Positions 20,426-29,775 of a stretch of DNA of 41,194 bases are shown in pieces; within the stretch, counting starts at the first letter, position 1, and every line of letters begins with the position of its first letter. Origin of the DNA: an uncultured bacterium. Lineage in GTDB: Bacteria; Planctomycetota; J058. Under the pieces are notes generated by a model. It did not search any database and was not told the DNA's origin. It saw nothing but the letters and a program-made list of their open reading frames with translations. Where the stretch lies: assembly GCA_937911525.1 (NCBI GenBank), contig CALDQK010000390.1:1-41194 (forward strand), written 5' to 3'. Both the position numbers and the translations under genes were made by a program.

Positions 20426-21412
20426 TCACTTCAAGCTGTCTTCCAATGCCCACAAGAAGCGCTCGTCCATGACAATCGCCTCTTGTTCGAGCCACATGTC
20501 GCGCTGCGAGAGGTCACGAACCCAGGGGGGAGTGTCCGGGGGCCACTCCATGACTGGCCACTGTCGCATCAATCCCTTCTCATCCGAGTAATCCTCCCAG
20601 AACTCGGGCACGAACCACCTGACCTCCGGCCTCCACCGTCGCAGATGAGAGACGATCGCAATCCCATTTGGATCCAGGTCTCCGAAGTGGATGAGCGGGA
20701 CGTCAGCCATGCCCTCTAGAAGGTCCTTTGTTGTTCGGGTGTTCCAGCCCGGCACGTGAACCACCAGGACATCCTCTGGGGCTGGGCAGTCCAGGTACGC
20801 TCCCAGGTTCTCGATGGTTAGCACAGCGCGCGGGATGTCACCTGCTAGCTGCGTCCCATCGCGAAGGGCGCGATCACTCACAACAAGTTCGCCGAGCAAC
20901 TGGGTAAGGCCACGAGCAGCAGTCACCAGACCATCGCGTTTGACGGCCAAACCTCGACTGGCTCGCATTCGTACCAACCCGTCATAGGTCACGTCAACGT
21001 CCTCTAGGACCAGCTGCTCGAACGGACCCAGGCGAGCCTTGGAGTGCTCAGCCACTGCAGCCGCAGCGGTTCTTCTGTTCAATCGACTCGGGAGTTCGAG
21101 CATGCTCGCAGCCTCGATTCGGTCGTGACGCTCTAGCTCTCGAAGTCCATTCGGCGTATAGGGAAGCTCCAATTCGCGCAGTCGCTCCGCAAAGTCGGAC
21201 CACTCAGGCCATGCAGCGCTCAGCGTCGCTTCGACCGAGTCCCGAGCGACGTTGTCGAGCTCCAATACGCCGCTCCGGCGGCTGCGACGGGCCCAACCAA
21301 GGTCGAGCAAGGTGGACCACGCGCTCTCTTGATTCCTTCGCCGGCGAACCTCGCCCGTAAGCAGAAGCTCTACCAGTGCCAGAGCATGGGGCCTGGTCCC
21401 CCAGAATGTCAT
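20426..21412 (-). CDS. jetD: Wadjet JetD/MksG-like Toprim nuclease (DUF2220-type C-terminus)
   Basis: Toprim motifs VLTIENLGAY, HFGDLDPNGIAI and terminal WLEQEAI. Start overlaps the SMC gene stop (ATGA at 21409-21412). Confidence 0.8.
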   Translation of the reverse strand: MTFWGTRPHALALVELLLTGEVRRRRNQESAWSTLLDLGWARRSRRSGVLELDNVARDSVEATLSAAWPEWSDFAERLRELELPYTPNGLRELERHDRIEAASMLELPSRLNRRTAAAAVAEHSKARLGPFEQLVLEDVDVTYDGLVRMRASRGLAVKRDGLVTAARGLTQLLGELVVSDRALRDGTQLAGDIPRAVLTIENLGAYLDCPAPEDVLVVHVPGWNTRTTKDLLEGMADVPLIHFGDLDPNGIAIVSHLRRWRPEVRWFVPEFWEDYSDEKGLMRQWPVMEWPPDTPPWVRDLSQRDMWLEQEAIVMDERFLWALEDSLK

Positions 21413-24240
21413 GGGTCGTGCCGCCTGGCTCGGCGCCCCGAGACATTCACGACCTCACGTCCCTCAGAATCCGTCGTCCGCTGCAAGGTATAGGTGGTGT
21501 TCCCGCTCGACGTGGCCACCTCTGGGGCTGCGGCCAGCAGCTGGAGATCGAGTGCTGCACACAGGTCGAATAGGACCCCCAGATTGTCGAGCGAGAGGCG
21601 ATTGGCTTCGTCTAGGAACAAGAATCGGAGCGTTCCGGTCTCTCGGCGGGCACGGATCAGAGCAGCATCACGCTCCCACGCGGTCAAGACCACCATCATG
21701 ATGGCTGCACCAACGCCAATCCCCTCGCCAGTAGACATCTGGGCTCCGTCTCGCACTTCCTCCCAATCGTCGGAGTTGCTTCTCCGCGCTTCGACCCTGA
21801 GCTTGAGGTACTCCCGGTAGTCCAGTATCCGCCGCCCGCCGTCTCGACGTCCTCCGTGCCGCCGGAACAGCTCGTCCAATGCCTCCTCGATGGACATGTC
21901 GGGACCGAACAAAGCGCCCTGTTGGTCCGGGTCTGACAAGGCTGAGAGGATCGAGCTCATGCTCTTCTCCCGTTCGCTCTTGACTCGGATCGCCTCGATG
22001 CTGCCGAAGCCAACCCCGCGCAGATCGCGGTTTAGCTTGGTGAGTAGGTTGTTCACCTTGCGGAGTCGTCCCTCGATCGCCCGCGCAACGTCTCGAGAGT
22101 CTCCGCGAAGCCGGTGTTCGTAGCGTTGGAGCTTGTCCACCAGGCGATCCAGGTAGCGGCGCAGCCTGCGCAACGCTTCAACTGGGTCTTCGACTTCACT
22201 GACGTGCTTGGGTACTCGCTCAGCAAGCCAAGCTCGGGTGTCGAGCCACGCGCGCACGTACTGATCACTCCCAGTCTCCGTGCTCGACTCGGCGATGAGA
22301 CGCAGGGCCGCTGCTAAGCTCTCTCCGCCAGTAGCGCGCTGAAGTCGGTCAAGCATCAGCGCCCACCAATGCTTCCGGAGTTGGAATACATCGACACTGG
22401 CGTTCCCTGCGACCTCCTTCAACGCCTCATCCCCAAGAGCGGCCTCGAGCAGCCCCAGTTCGGCGCACCTAGCCTCCAACGCCTCCCAGCGGGCAACGGC
22501 CGGCCCGGCCTGCGCTTCTTGCTCAGTGCGCTCCTTGATCGCCGCCCCTACTCTCGTTTCGGCTGCCGCGACTTGGGGCTCGATGCTCGCGAGCAGGTTG
22601 CCGGCAGCCTTCGTAGCCTCTACTGCTGCGTCGTGCCCTGCGATCGCCGCGCGTGCGGCCGCCTTAGTCAATCGAAGTGCCTCGTCCGAAGCATCATCGA
22701 CTCCGCAGGCTTCGATCTCCGCGTCCATGGCTCGTAGACGCGCGCGACTCCCTTCAACCCTCCCCTCTGCGTCTCGGAGATCCTTCTCCCGATCGTTCTC
22801 GTCTTCCTTCCGTCGGTTGCGCCTTTCCCGAGCCTTCTCCAAGAGTTTCTCTGCTGCCTCGACCTCTGCGTTGAGTGAGGCCAAGAGTTCCTCCTCTGCC
22901 CGAATCCTCTCCTCGGCGTCAGCGAATCCCAGAGCTTCGAGGTCACCCTTTACCGACTCTAGGTCAGCTTGGGGAGCGAGCCATGCGTCCCGAGTCCGTT
23001 GAGCATTCGCAACACGCTCCTCAAGTTCTCTGCGATCCGCAGCGTTGAGTGGAGGCGTGCGGAGATCGTCCAATCCACTGGCGACGATCTCCTGGTCAGA
23101 CAGCAGGCGGTCAACCCGGCGACTCGCAGCAGCTGCAGCCGCGACCTCCTGCTTGAGTTGCGCAGCGCGTTCAGCATGTTCAGGAGGCGGCAAGAGGGTC
23201 GCGTCAGGCCAGACCTCCTCTAGCGCCTGCTTTCGTGTCCTCAGTTGCCCCCACCTGTCGGTGAGCAATCGCAACCTGGCTCGTGAGTCTTCCCTCTCAG
23301 CCTGGGTCTCGACGAGCTCGGCTTCAGCGCTGGCGAGTTGCTCTGCGGGAGGCGGCCCAACAAGCAGGTCACTGTTCGGGAGCAGAGAGCGAACGCTCTG
23401 AGCATCTGCCCCTAGCGTTCTGTGACGCTCACGCTTCTCAGTGAGTCTCTCGTCGAGACTCTTCTGCTGGGCCTCCAACCGGAGGATCACCTGCTCACGC
23501 GCTTGACGTCCAATGACGGGGGCGTCAGGGAGACGGGAGAGCCTGAGCCCGAGCCCTTCTTCTACAGCTACTGAACCTCTAAGAACCTGTCCAGCAGGCA
23601 AGTCCTCCGGAGAAATCCCCACCTCCCTGCCATTCAGGAGCAGAACGGAAGGAGGAGTGTCCGAATGTTGCGCGAGTTCCTGGGCAGCTGAGTCAGCATT
23701 CTCGACGAGGATTGCGTTAACAAGCGGCCCTAGCCGCGCCTCCACTTCGGCTGCTTCCTCTACCCCTACAGTCTCGAATCGTTCAACGAGGAGGCGCCCG
23801 TCTACTCGCTCACATGCCTCAGGGAGCCCCTGGGGGAAGCTCCCCCCCATGCTCCTCAGCTCCTGGAGCCGAGCCTCCAGGGTTACCGCCTCCTGTTCCG
23901 AATCGTCGATGCTCCGTTGGGAAAGGACCCGCTCCGACTCCAAGAACGCCAGCAAGGCGGACAAGTCCGCGGGGTTGTAAACTGACTTCTCCCACCTTCC
24001 AGCGAGTGACGTGACGGCTGCACTGAACCTCCGGTGCTCATCAACGCGCTCCTGTAGAAACTCCACCTTGTCTTGGATTGCCTGGATCGCGGCTGCGAGT
24101 CTCTGAAGGTTGGTCTTCTCTGCTGAAACTTCGTCCTGAGCATCAGACTCTGCTGCTGACGTGTCTCGCCTGGCGCGCTCAACGTCCTGGGGGTCATTCA
24201 GAGGCATGTCTGGGGTTGCCAGCCCTGCCCCAACGGTCGG
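21409..24240 (-). pseudogene. mukB: MukB-like SMC ATPase, 5'-truncated (hinge, coiled coil and C-terminal head only)
   Basis: Hinge GRLLVERFETV..EEAAEVEARLGPLVNAILV, PVIGRQARE; C-head LDYREYL, signature MSTGEGIGVG, Walker B RFLFLDEANRL, LFDLCAALDLQLLAAAPE, all closely paralleling E. coli MukB. No Walker A head; similarity stops at about 24240. Confidence 0.88.
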
Positions 24241-27200
24241 GCTGCTTACGCCCTCCTGAGGCGGGCCTGGGGAAAGGACGGGCTCAAGGACCTCGACGCC
24301 TTGGGCGAGACCCTGACGGCGCGGGGCCGCGGGCGCCTCTTGGAGCTGGCCTACGAGCGCTACCGCGCCAAGGACGCGAGCGCTCACGCCAAGGCCTGCA
24401 AGACCGAGGGGATCGAGGCCGAGGGCCTGAGCCAGGATCCGGAGGCGCTGGGCGGCGAGCTGTGGACCGAGCGCTACGAGGTCTTGGCGCGGGGGGCAGG
24501 AGGCCTCCAGATCAAGAGCCTGATGAACGTGAAGGCTCGCGGGAAGGGCGGGAGCGGGGACCTGCGGCTGGCGATCGGGCGAGTCAACTTCGAGGTGCCC
24601 TTCGCCTTCGCTCGAGACGAGTCGGGCTGGCGGGTCGACTTCCCCCAGCCTCTCTACCCTGCCCTGCGAGCGATCGAGGGATTGGATCAGGCTCTAGCGC
24701 TGCTCAAGGAGGGTGACGCGGCCAAGGCCTTCGAGCTCTTGCGAGACGCGCCTGCCAGCAACGCCAAGGCCCGCCGAGCCCGCCTGGACGCGCTCCAAGC
24801 CCTCGCCCAGGCCGCGGTCGACAAGGCCGCCAAGTCGTCTCTCGAGGACCCTCTAGCTGCCGCCAAGGAGCTGGAGGCCTTCCAAGCCAAGTATGGCGAC
24901 GCGATCGCGGGGACGGGGCTCGACGAGTCGATCCGCAAGGTCCTGGTCTCGCTCAAGGGTCCTGAGGCGACGACCGAGGAGCCGCCAGAGCGTGTCGCCG
25001 CGGCCGAGAAGAAGGCGGCCGCTGGGCGCGAGCGAGTCAAGGCTCTCCAGGAGCGGATTCGCTCGGAGAAGGGCGCGCTGACCAAGGCCCTGAGCGCCGA
25101 GCTCGAGCGCGCGCGCTCCGAGTCACGCAAGGCCCCCTTGGACATCAAGCTGACGCAGGGCTTCTCTCTGGCGGGCGCGGTGTTGGAGGATCGAAACGAG
25201 CAGGGGTTCAAGGTCAAGGCTGCGGAGGGTGCAGCGGCGCGGTCTTGGAGCAGCGTCCCCGAGGCGGTGGCCCTCAAGCTGCGCCAGCTGGGTGTCCGCG
25301 AGGACGACGCTCAGGACCAGCTCCGCTTCGGCTACTGGGCGCTCAAGCAGCGAATGTTCAAGGAGGCGGATCGAGCCTTCGAGCGGGCGATCAAGCTGGA
25401 CGGCGCGCTCTCGAGCAAGGTCCCGAACGTGTCGGAGCTCGAAGAGGCCTCGCGCGTCTTCCAGGGGAAATATAGTCAAAAGGGGACGAGCGTCACGATC
25501 GAGTATCCCTTCCGCAAGCAGGACGAAGGGAAGGACTGGGCCTTCACGCCCTTTCGCGGGACCTCCGCCAAGGTCGTGGGCGGCGCGCTCGAGGCGACGG
25601 GCCGCGGGATCTTCCTCGTCGGGACCCAAGAGATCGGGTTCGACGGGCGCTGCGATCTCCAAGCCACCATCGAGAAGGTCACGGGCGACCACGGCGGCTG
25701 CTTCGGGATCGGGTTCGACTGCGACGGGAACGACGCAGTCTGGTATCTGGTCACGGTCTACCCCAAGTATCGCGCGCTGCGACTCCTCCGCTATCGGAAC
25801 GGGAACCTAGAGACGCTCAAGGAGAAGCGGAAGGCTGTTCGCCCGACCGGGAGCACGGACATCCGGGTCGTGATTCGCGGGAACTCGCTCAAGGTCAGCT
25901 CACGGGGCCAAACGCGGATCGCGGTCAACATTCCCACCCCGACTTGGAACGGGACCCGGGTCTTCGTCGGCGGCGCGGGTCCCATGAAGTCGGCAGCGAT
26001 TCGCCTGCGCAAGGTCAAGCTCCAAGGGCACGTTCGCTTCGCCTGGCTGCGGAAGTCCTTCGCGCGCCTGGACGCGCTCTTGTTCAAGGCGCTCAGCCGG
26101 GCCGGCGAGCTCCCGGTGTTCGGGGCCAGCGCGGCGGACCGTCCCATCGACACTTCGCTCTCCGCCGAGGACGAGTTCGGGCTCTCCAAGGTCTCGCCCC
26201 AAGCCCTCCAGGCCTACCGGAAGGCGGTCTCTCAGATCGGCAGCGAGGACTACCGGGTCCTCTACACGGTGGCTGACAACATAGGCAACGCGATTCGCCT
26301 CAGCCCTGACTTCGCCGCTGCTTACTACGTCCGCGCGCGACTTTTTCACAAGATCGGCAGCGCCTTCCTGGCCGAGCGCGACCTGGAGATCGCGTGCCGC
26401 CTGGCCCCGCGCTTCCACGAGGCCCAGGCGCTTCGGGCCCGGGTCCTGCTCGACATTGGCCGTCCCAAGGAGGCCCTGGTTCAAGCGGAGGCCGCGATCA
26501 AGAGCGCTCCGGGGGCTGCCGAGGGTTACATCGCGCGCGGTCTGGTCCGCTTCTCTCAAGACGAGTTGGAGGTCGCCCTCGAGGACCTCGAGTTGGCTCG
26601 GGCCCTGGCTCCTTGGGAGGAGGAGTTGGTGGGGCTGACTCGCAACGTCCAGAACGTGATCAACGGCCCTCCTTGGGCGCGGCGCTTCGAGGCCAAGACC
26701 GAGAACTACTTCGTCCAGACGAACGTCTCAGCGACCGCTGCCCAGGAGTATGCGGAGCTCTTGGAGGCGGGCCGGGCGCACTACGCCAAGACCTTCCCGC
26801 TTCCGGCGGACGGTCGTCGCTCCAAGGTCCTGATCTTCGACACTCAGGAGGGTTACCACGGCTATTCGGAGCTCAGCATCAACGATCGCGTGGAGTCCAC
26901 CCTCGGGTGCTATCTGCCTCGCTACCGCCAGCTGCTCCTCTTCGAGGAGAAGGGGAGCAAGACGAGGGACAAGACGATCCAGGTCTTGCTCCACGAGGGC
27001 TTTCACCAGTTCATGCACCAGCTCGTGCCCGACAACGCGATTCCTTTCTGGTTGAACGAGGGCCTCGCCGAGTTCATGAGCGCCGTAGAGGTCAAGGGAG
27101 GACGTGTTGGTCGCACAGGCCTCGTCCTAGAGGGACGGCTTGACAACCTTCGCTACTTCGTCAAGGCCAACGGCAACCGCCCGATGTCCTTCCCCAAGAT

Positions 27201-27444
27201 CATGCAAGAGACTCCGCAGGAGTTTTACTCAGGCACCGTGTGGGCCAAGTATGCCCAGGCCTGGAGCATGGTCCACTTCTTCAACCTCGGCGCGACGCCA
27301 GATACCAAGAGCCGCTACCAGCGCTATCTCAAGGCCTTGAGGGAGGGGACTCCAAGCAAGGACGCCTACGCTCAGTCTTGGAGCGGAGTGGACTGGAACG
27401 CGATCCAAAAGCGCTGGTGGGCCCACGTCGAGGCCATGAAGTAG
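24241..27444 (+). CDS. Large TPR + beta-sandwich + HExxH metallopeptidase-like (DUF1570-type) protein, probably 5'-truncated
   Basis: Open frame from about 24241 with no ATG/RBS (ORF track uses TTG 24301). TPR run (PDFAAAYYVRA...AEGYIARGLVRF) and C-terminal LLHEGFHQFMH...PFWLNEGLAEF...YAQAWSMVHFF. Confidence 0.8.
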   Translation, partial: AAYALLRRAWGKDGLKDLDALGETLTARGRGRLLELAYERYRAKDASAHAKACKTEGIEAEGLSQDPEALGGELWTERYEVLARGAGGLQIKSLMNVKARGKGGSGDLRLAIGRVNFEVPFAFARDESGWRVDFPQPLYPALRAIEGLDQALALLKEGDAAKAFELLRDAPASNAKARRARLDALQALAQAAVDKAAKSSLEDPLAAAKELEAFQAKYGDAIAGTGLDESIRKVLVSLKGPEATTEEPPERVAAAEKKAAAGRERVKALQERIRSEKGALTKALSAELERARSESRKAPLDIKLTQGFSLAGAVLEDRNEQGFKVKAAEGAAARSWSSVPEAVALKLRQLGVREDDAQDQLRFGYWALKQRMFKEADRAFERAIKLDGALSSKVPNVSELEEASRVFQGKYSQKGTSVTIEYPFRKQDEGKDWAFTPFRGTSAKVVGGALEATGRGIFLVGTQEIGFDGRCDLQATIEKVTGDHGGCFGIGFDCDGNDAVWYLVTVYPKYRALRLLRYRNGNLETLKEKRKAVRPTGSTDIRVVIRGNSLKVSSRGQTRIAVNIPTPTWNGTRVFVGGAGPMKSAAIRLRKVKLQGHVRFAWLRKSFARLDALLFKALSRAGELPVFGASAADRPIDTSLSAEDEFGLSKVSPQALQAYRKAVSQIGSEDYRVLYTVADNIGNAIRLSPDFAAAYYVRARLFHKIGSAFLAERDLEIACRLAPRFHEAQALRARVLLDIGRPKEALVQAEAAIKSAPGAAEGYIARGLVRFSQDELEVALEDLELARALAPWEEELVGLTRNVQNVINGPPWARRFEAKTENYFVQTNVSATAAQEYAELLEAGRAHYAKTFPLPADGRRSKVLIFDTQEGYHGYSELSINDRVESTLGCYLPRYRQLLLFEEKGSKTRDKTIQVLLHEGFHQFMHQLVPDNAIPFWLNEGLAEFMSAVEVKGGRVGRTGLVLEGRLDNLRYFVKANGNRPMSFPKIMQETPQEFYSGTVWAKYAQAWSMVHFFNLGATPDTKSRYQRYLKALREGTPSKDAYAQSWSGVDWNAIQKRWWAHVEAMK

Positions 27445-27473
27445 GTCCCAGTTCCGTCCCAGCGTTTCACGCC

Positions 27474-27494
27474 CATGGGCAAATCTTGCCCATG
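27474..27494. other. Hairpin downstream of the TPR/peptidase gene
   Basis: CATGGGCAA-ATC-TTGCCCATG, 9-bp perfect stem; no clear U-tract. Confidence 0.45.
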
Positions 27495-27527
27495 CGACTT
27501 CATCGGCGAAACGCATTCCCCTTCTAA

Positions 27528-27974
27528 CTCGAAGGGTTCCAGAAGTCGTCCAGGCGAGAATCCCTGAATCTGAGTCGTCTGTAGGGATGATTCGGAGGAT
27601 CGAGAGAAGGGGCGTTGAGCCGAACAGCGAGGCACAATCACACGAGCCGTCCTCCCCAGACACGCGTCCGGGCCCGTAGGGTTCCAGAAGTCGACCGAGT
27701 CGGAATCGCCGATTCCAAGCCGCTCGTGAGGAGCGTTCGCGGAGTCGAGGAGGTGCGTTTGAGCCGAACGGCCGAGGCAGCCACACACGAAGGGTCCTTT
27801 CTGGACGCCACCAGAGTTCCAAGGCGCGCTTCAATCAGGCTCGAAGGGTTCCAGAATTCATCCAAGGGAGAATCGAGGATCCTGAGCCGTCTGTGCCGAG
27901 GATCGCGAAACCGAGGGGCGGAGCGTTGAGCCGAGTTTGGGCGAGGATCGACACGACGCGTCCTCCCTGGACAC
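27528..27974. repeat. Three tandem ~136-bp imperfect direct repeats with conserved blocks
   Basis: Units 27528-27663, 27673-27808 and 27840-27974 (136/136/135 bp) share AGGGTTCCAGAA, GAATC, TTGAGCCGA and ACACGA-N3-GTCCT at near-identical offsets. Confidence 0.85.
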
Positions 27975-28013
27975 TTCCAGGTCTGCTCGCGGGCGCAACC
28001 GGGCTTTCCCTAA

Positions 28014-29075
28014 CTAAGCAGCCTCCCGGTGGTAGTGGCGCAGGAGCCCGCCGAGGCGGGATCGACAGAGAAGTCTGCCCTCCTGCTGGCCGACGGTCGG
28101 CCCAGGGTCGATCAGGGCGCTATCGAGGCCCTGGTGGTTCCTCTCTCGGTGGTAGTGCTCGACGTATTGAGCAACCGCGTGGCGGAGGTGCCCTTCGCCC
28201 AGGATCACCATGCGACCGAGGCACTCGTGCTTGATCGAGCGCACGAAGCGCTCGGCGTAGGCGTTGAGGTTCGGGCTTCGGCGAGGCAAGGTCACGACCT
28301 GGACTCCGCTGTGCCTAAGAAGTTCCTTGAAGGCTGCGGTGAAGAGCGGATCCCGGTCGAGGATCAGGTGGGTCTTGCCCTGGAGGAAGCCGTCGAAGTC
28401 GTTGAGCAGGTTGCGAGCGACCTGAAGGACCCACTGGCCGTCGGGGTCGGGCTGGATCCCTGCTATATGAACTCTCCGCGTTCTGAGCTCCATGACAAAG
28501 AACACGGAGTAGCGGACGATTCCCCGCAGGGTCAAGACCTCGACCTGGAAGAAGTCACCAGCGGCCAAGCCTTCCCAGTGAGCAGCCAGGAATTCTCGCC
28601 ATGAGGTGGAGCGGTTTCGCTCCGGGGCTGGGACGACGCCCTTGTCGTCCAGCACTCGCTTCACGGTGCTGCGGCTCGTGGAGTATCCGAGGTTGTGGAG
28701 GACGTCGCGGAGGCGGGTGTAGCCGAAGCCAGGGTTCTCGTGAGCGAGGCGGAGGAGGAGGGGCGCCAGCTGCTGGCGCCTCCGGGGGCGACCCAGGGGC
28801 TTGGAAGAGTGTTTCTCCGCAGCGAGGTTGCGATACCAGCGCAGGATCGTGTCCGGGGTCACCAACGAGGCGTAGCGAGCCAGGAGCGCCCTCCCAAGCG
28901 CCTTGCCAGCCTGAGCGAGCCGGTGACGCTGACGAGGCGTGTAGCGCAGCCTGCGGCCTCCGAGCTGCTCTCGGAGGGTCTCGTTCTCGGCCTGGAGGTA
29001 GGCGATCACCGTCTGCTGCTCCCGAGAGACCCAACCGACGGCCAAGAGGAGGAAGAATCGGACGACGTGAGGCAT
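28014..29075 (-). CDS. Integrase core (rve, DDE) transposase, IS3/IS481-related
   Basis: N-terminal HTH region ([11 protein letters not shown]...[18 protein letters not shown]) and catalytic D (GDFFQVE), D (LDRDPLF), E ([12 protein letters not shown]); ends [14 protein letters not shown]. Confidence 0.92.
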   Translation of the reverse strand: MPHVVRFFLLLAVGWVSREQQTVIAYLQAENETLREQLGGRRLRYTPRQRHRLAQAGKALGRALLARYASLVTPDTILRWYRNLAAEKHSSKPLGRPRRRQQLAPLLLRLAHENPGFGYTRLRDVLHNLGYSTSRSTVKRVLDDKGVVPAPERNRSTSWREFLAAHWEGLAAGDFFQVEVLTLRGIVRYSVFFVMELRTRRVHIAGIQPDPDGQWVLQVARNLLNDFDGFLQGKTHLILDRDPLFTAAFKELLRHSGVQVVTLPRRSPNLNAYAERFVRSIKHECLGRMVILGEGHLRHAVAQYVEHYHRERNHQGLDSALIDPGPTVGQQEGRLLCRSRLGGLLRHYHREAA

Positions 29076-29296
29076 GTCCTCGGGGTAGCAGGCGGAGACG
29101 CCTCGTGCCTAACCAAGAGGATTCAACCGCACCAACGAGCAAGAGCACACGGCGGACCACGGCCCTCCGCGGCGCTATGGGCATTGCACCGCGTTTAGAT
29201 GGTCGGGTGTTGGGAGGGCAGGAGTTAGGAGGGCAAGAATTCGGCGAGCTGATCGCGAATCATGTCTTCTCGCTGCCGCGAAGCGGCTTAGTTCAA

Positions 29297-29422
29297 GGCG
29301 AGCTGTCGGCTGCGCCGACAGCTACGCAGGGGTCGCGCGCGTGGATCCGCAGGATCCGCGCAAGCGGCGTTTTGGTTTCGACAGTTTGGCGAGCTGTCGG
29401 CTGCGCCGACAGCTACGCAGGG
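29297..29422 (-). repeat. Two identical 35-bp GTAG-type REP-like palindromes
   Basis: GGCGAGCTGTCGGCTGCGCCGACAGCTACGCAGGG at 29297-29331 and 29388-29422 with a 56-nt spacer. On the minus strand each reads GTAG + CTGTCGGC-GCA-GCCGACAG hairpin. Confidence 0.75.
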
Positions 29423-29775
29423 CCTTCCCGCCCGAGGCCCGGTTTTCTTGGCGATCTCGGCGCTTTGGCGCCACAAGTCTAGACTCGACGGCGAATCGGG
29501 CCTCAAAGCCATACTGCCTGGGGCCCTGAGCATACCGCCCCCGTCCCGGTGGTAAGGACTTACGGCAGGGACCGTACCGCCTTGGCGCCACGCCATACTG
29601 GGGTCGAATTGGGCGTCCTGGGTACCCAGAACTGGGCGCTCAGAACGGAATCCGAGAAGGGTTCCCTCGAATCGCTTCACCCTCTTCGTGTAGTCGCCGA
29701 GGGCGCGGCTGTCAATGTTCGCTCGCTTGGGTGAGCGCGATGGCCCGCTCGCGCTGCGGGTGCCATGATCCCTCC

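Noticed and set aside
24241-24387. N-terminal 50 aa of the 992-aa MukB ORF in the track
   Set aside because: It is the antisense of the plus-strand TPR gene, not MukB sequence; the ORF start is fortuitous.
27528-27974. Repeats as CRISPR array, integron attC sites or coding repeat
   Set aside because: No identical short repeat with unique spacers, no RYYYAAC/GTTRRRY ends with cassettes between, and no shared open frame (stop and indel differences between units).
29297-29422. Possible mini-CRISPR (35-bp palindromic repeat twice)
   Set aside because: Only two repeats, a 56-nt spacer, no cas genes, and a GTAG-hairpin structure that fits REP elements better.
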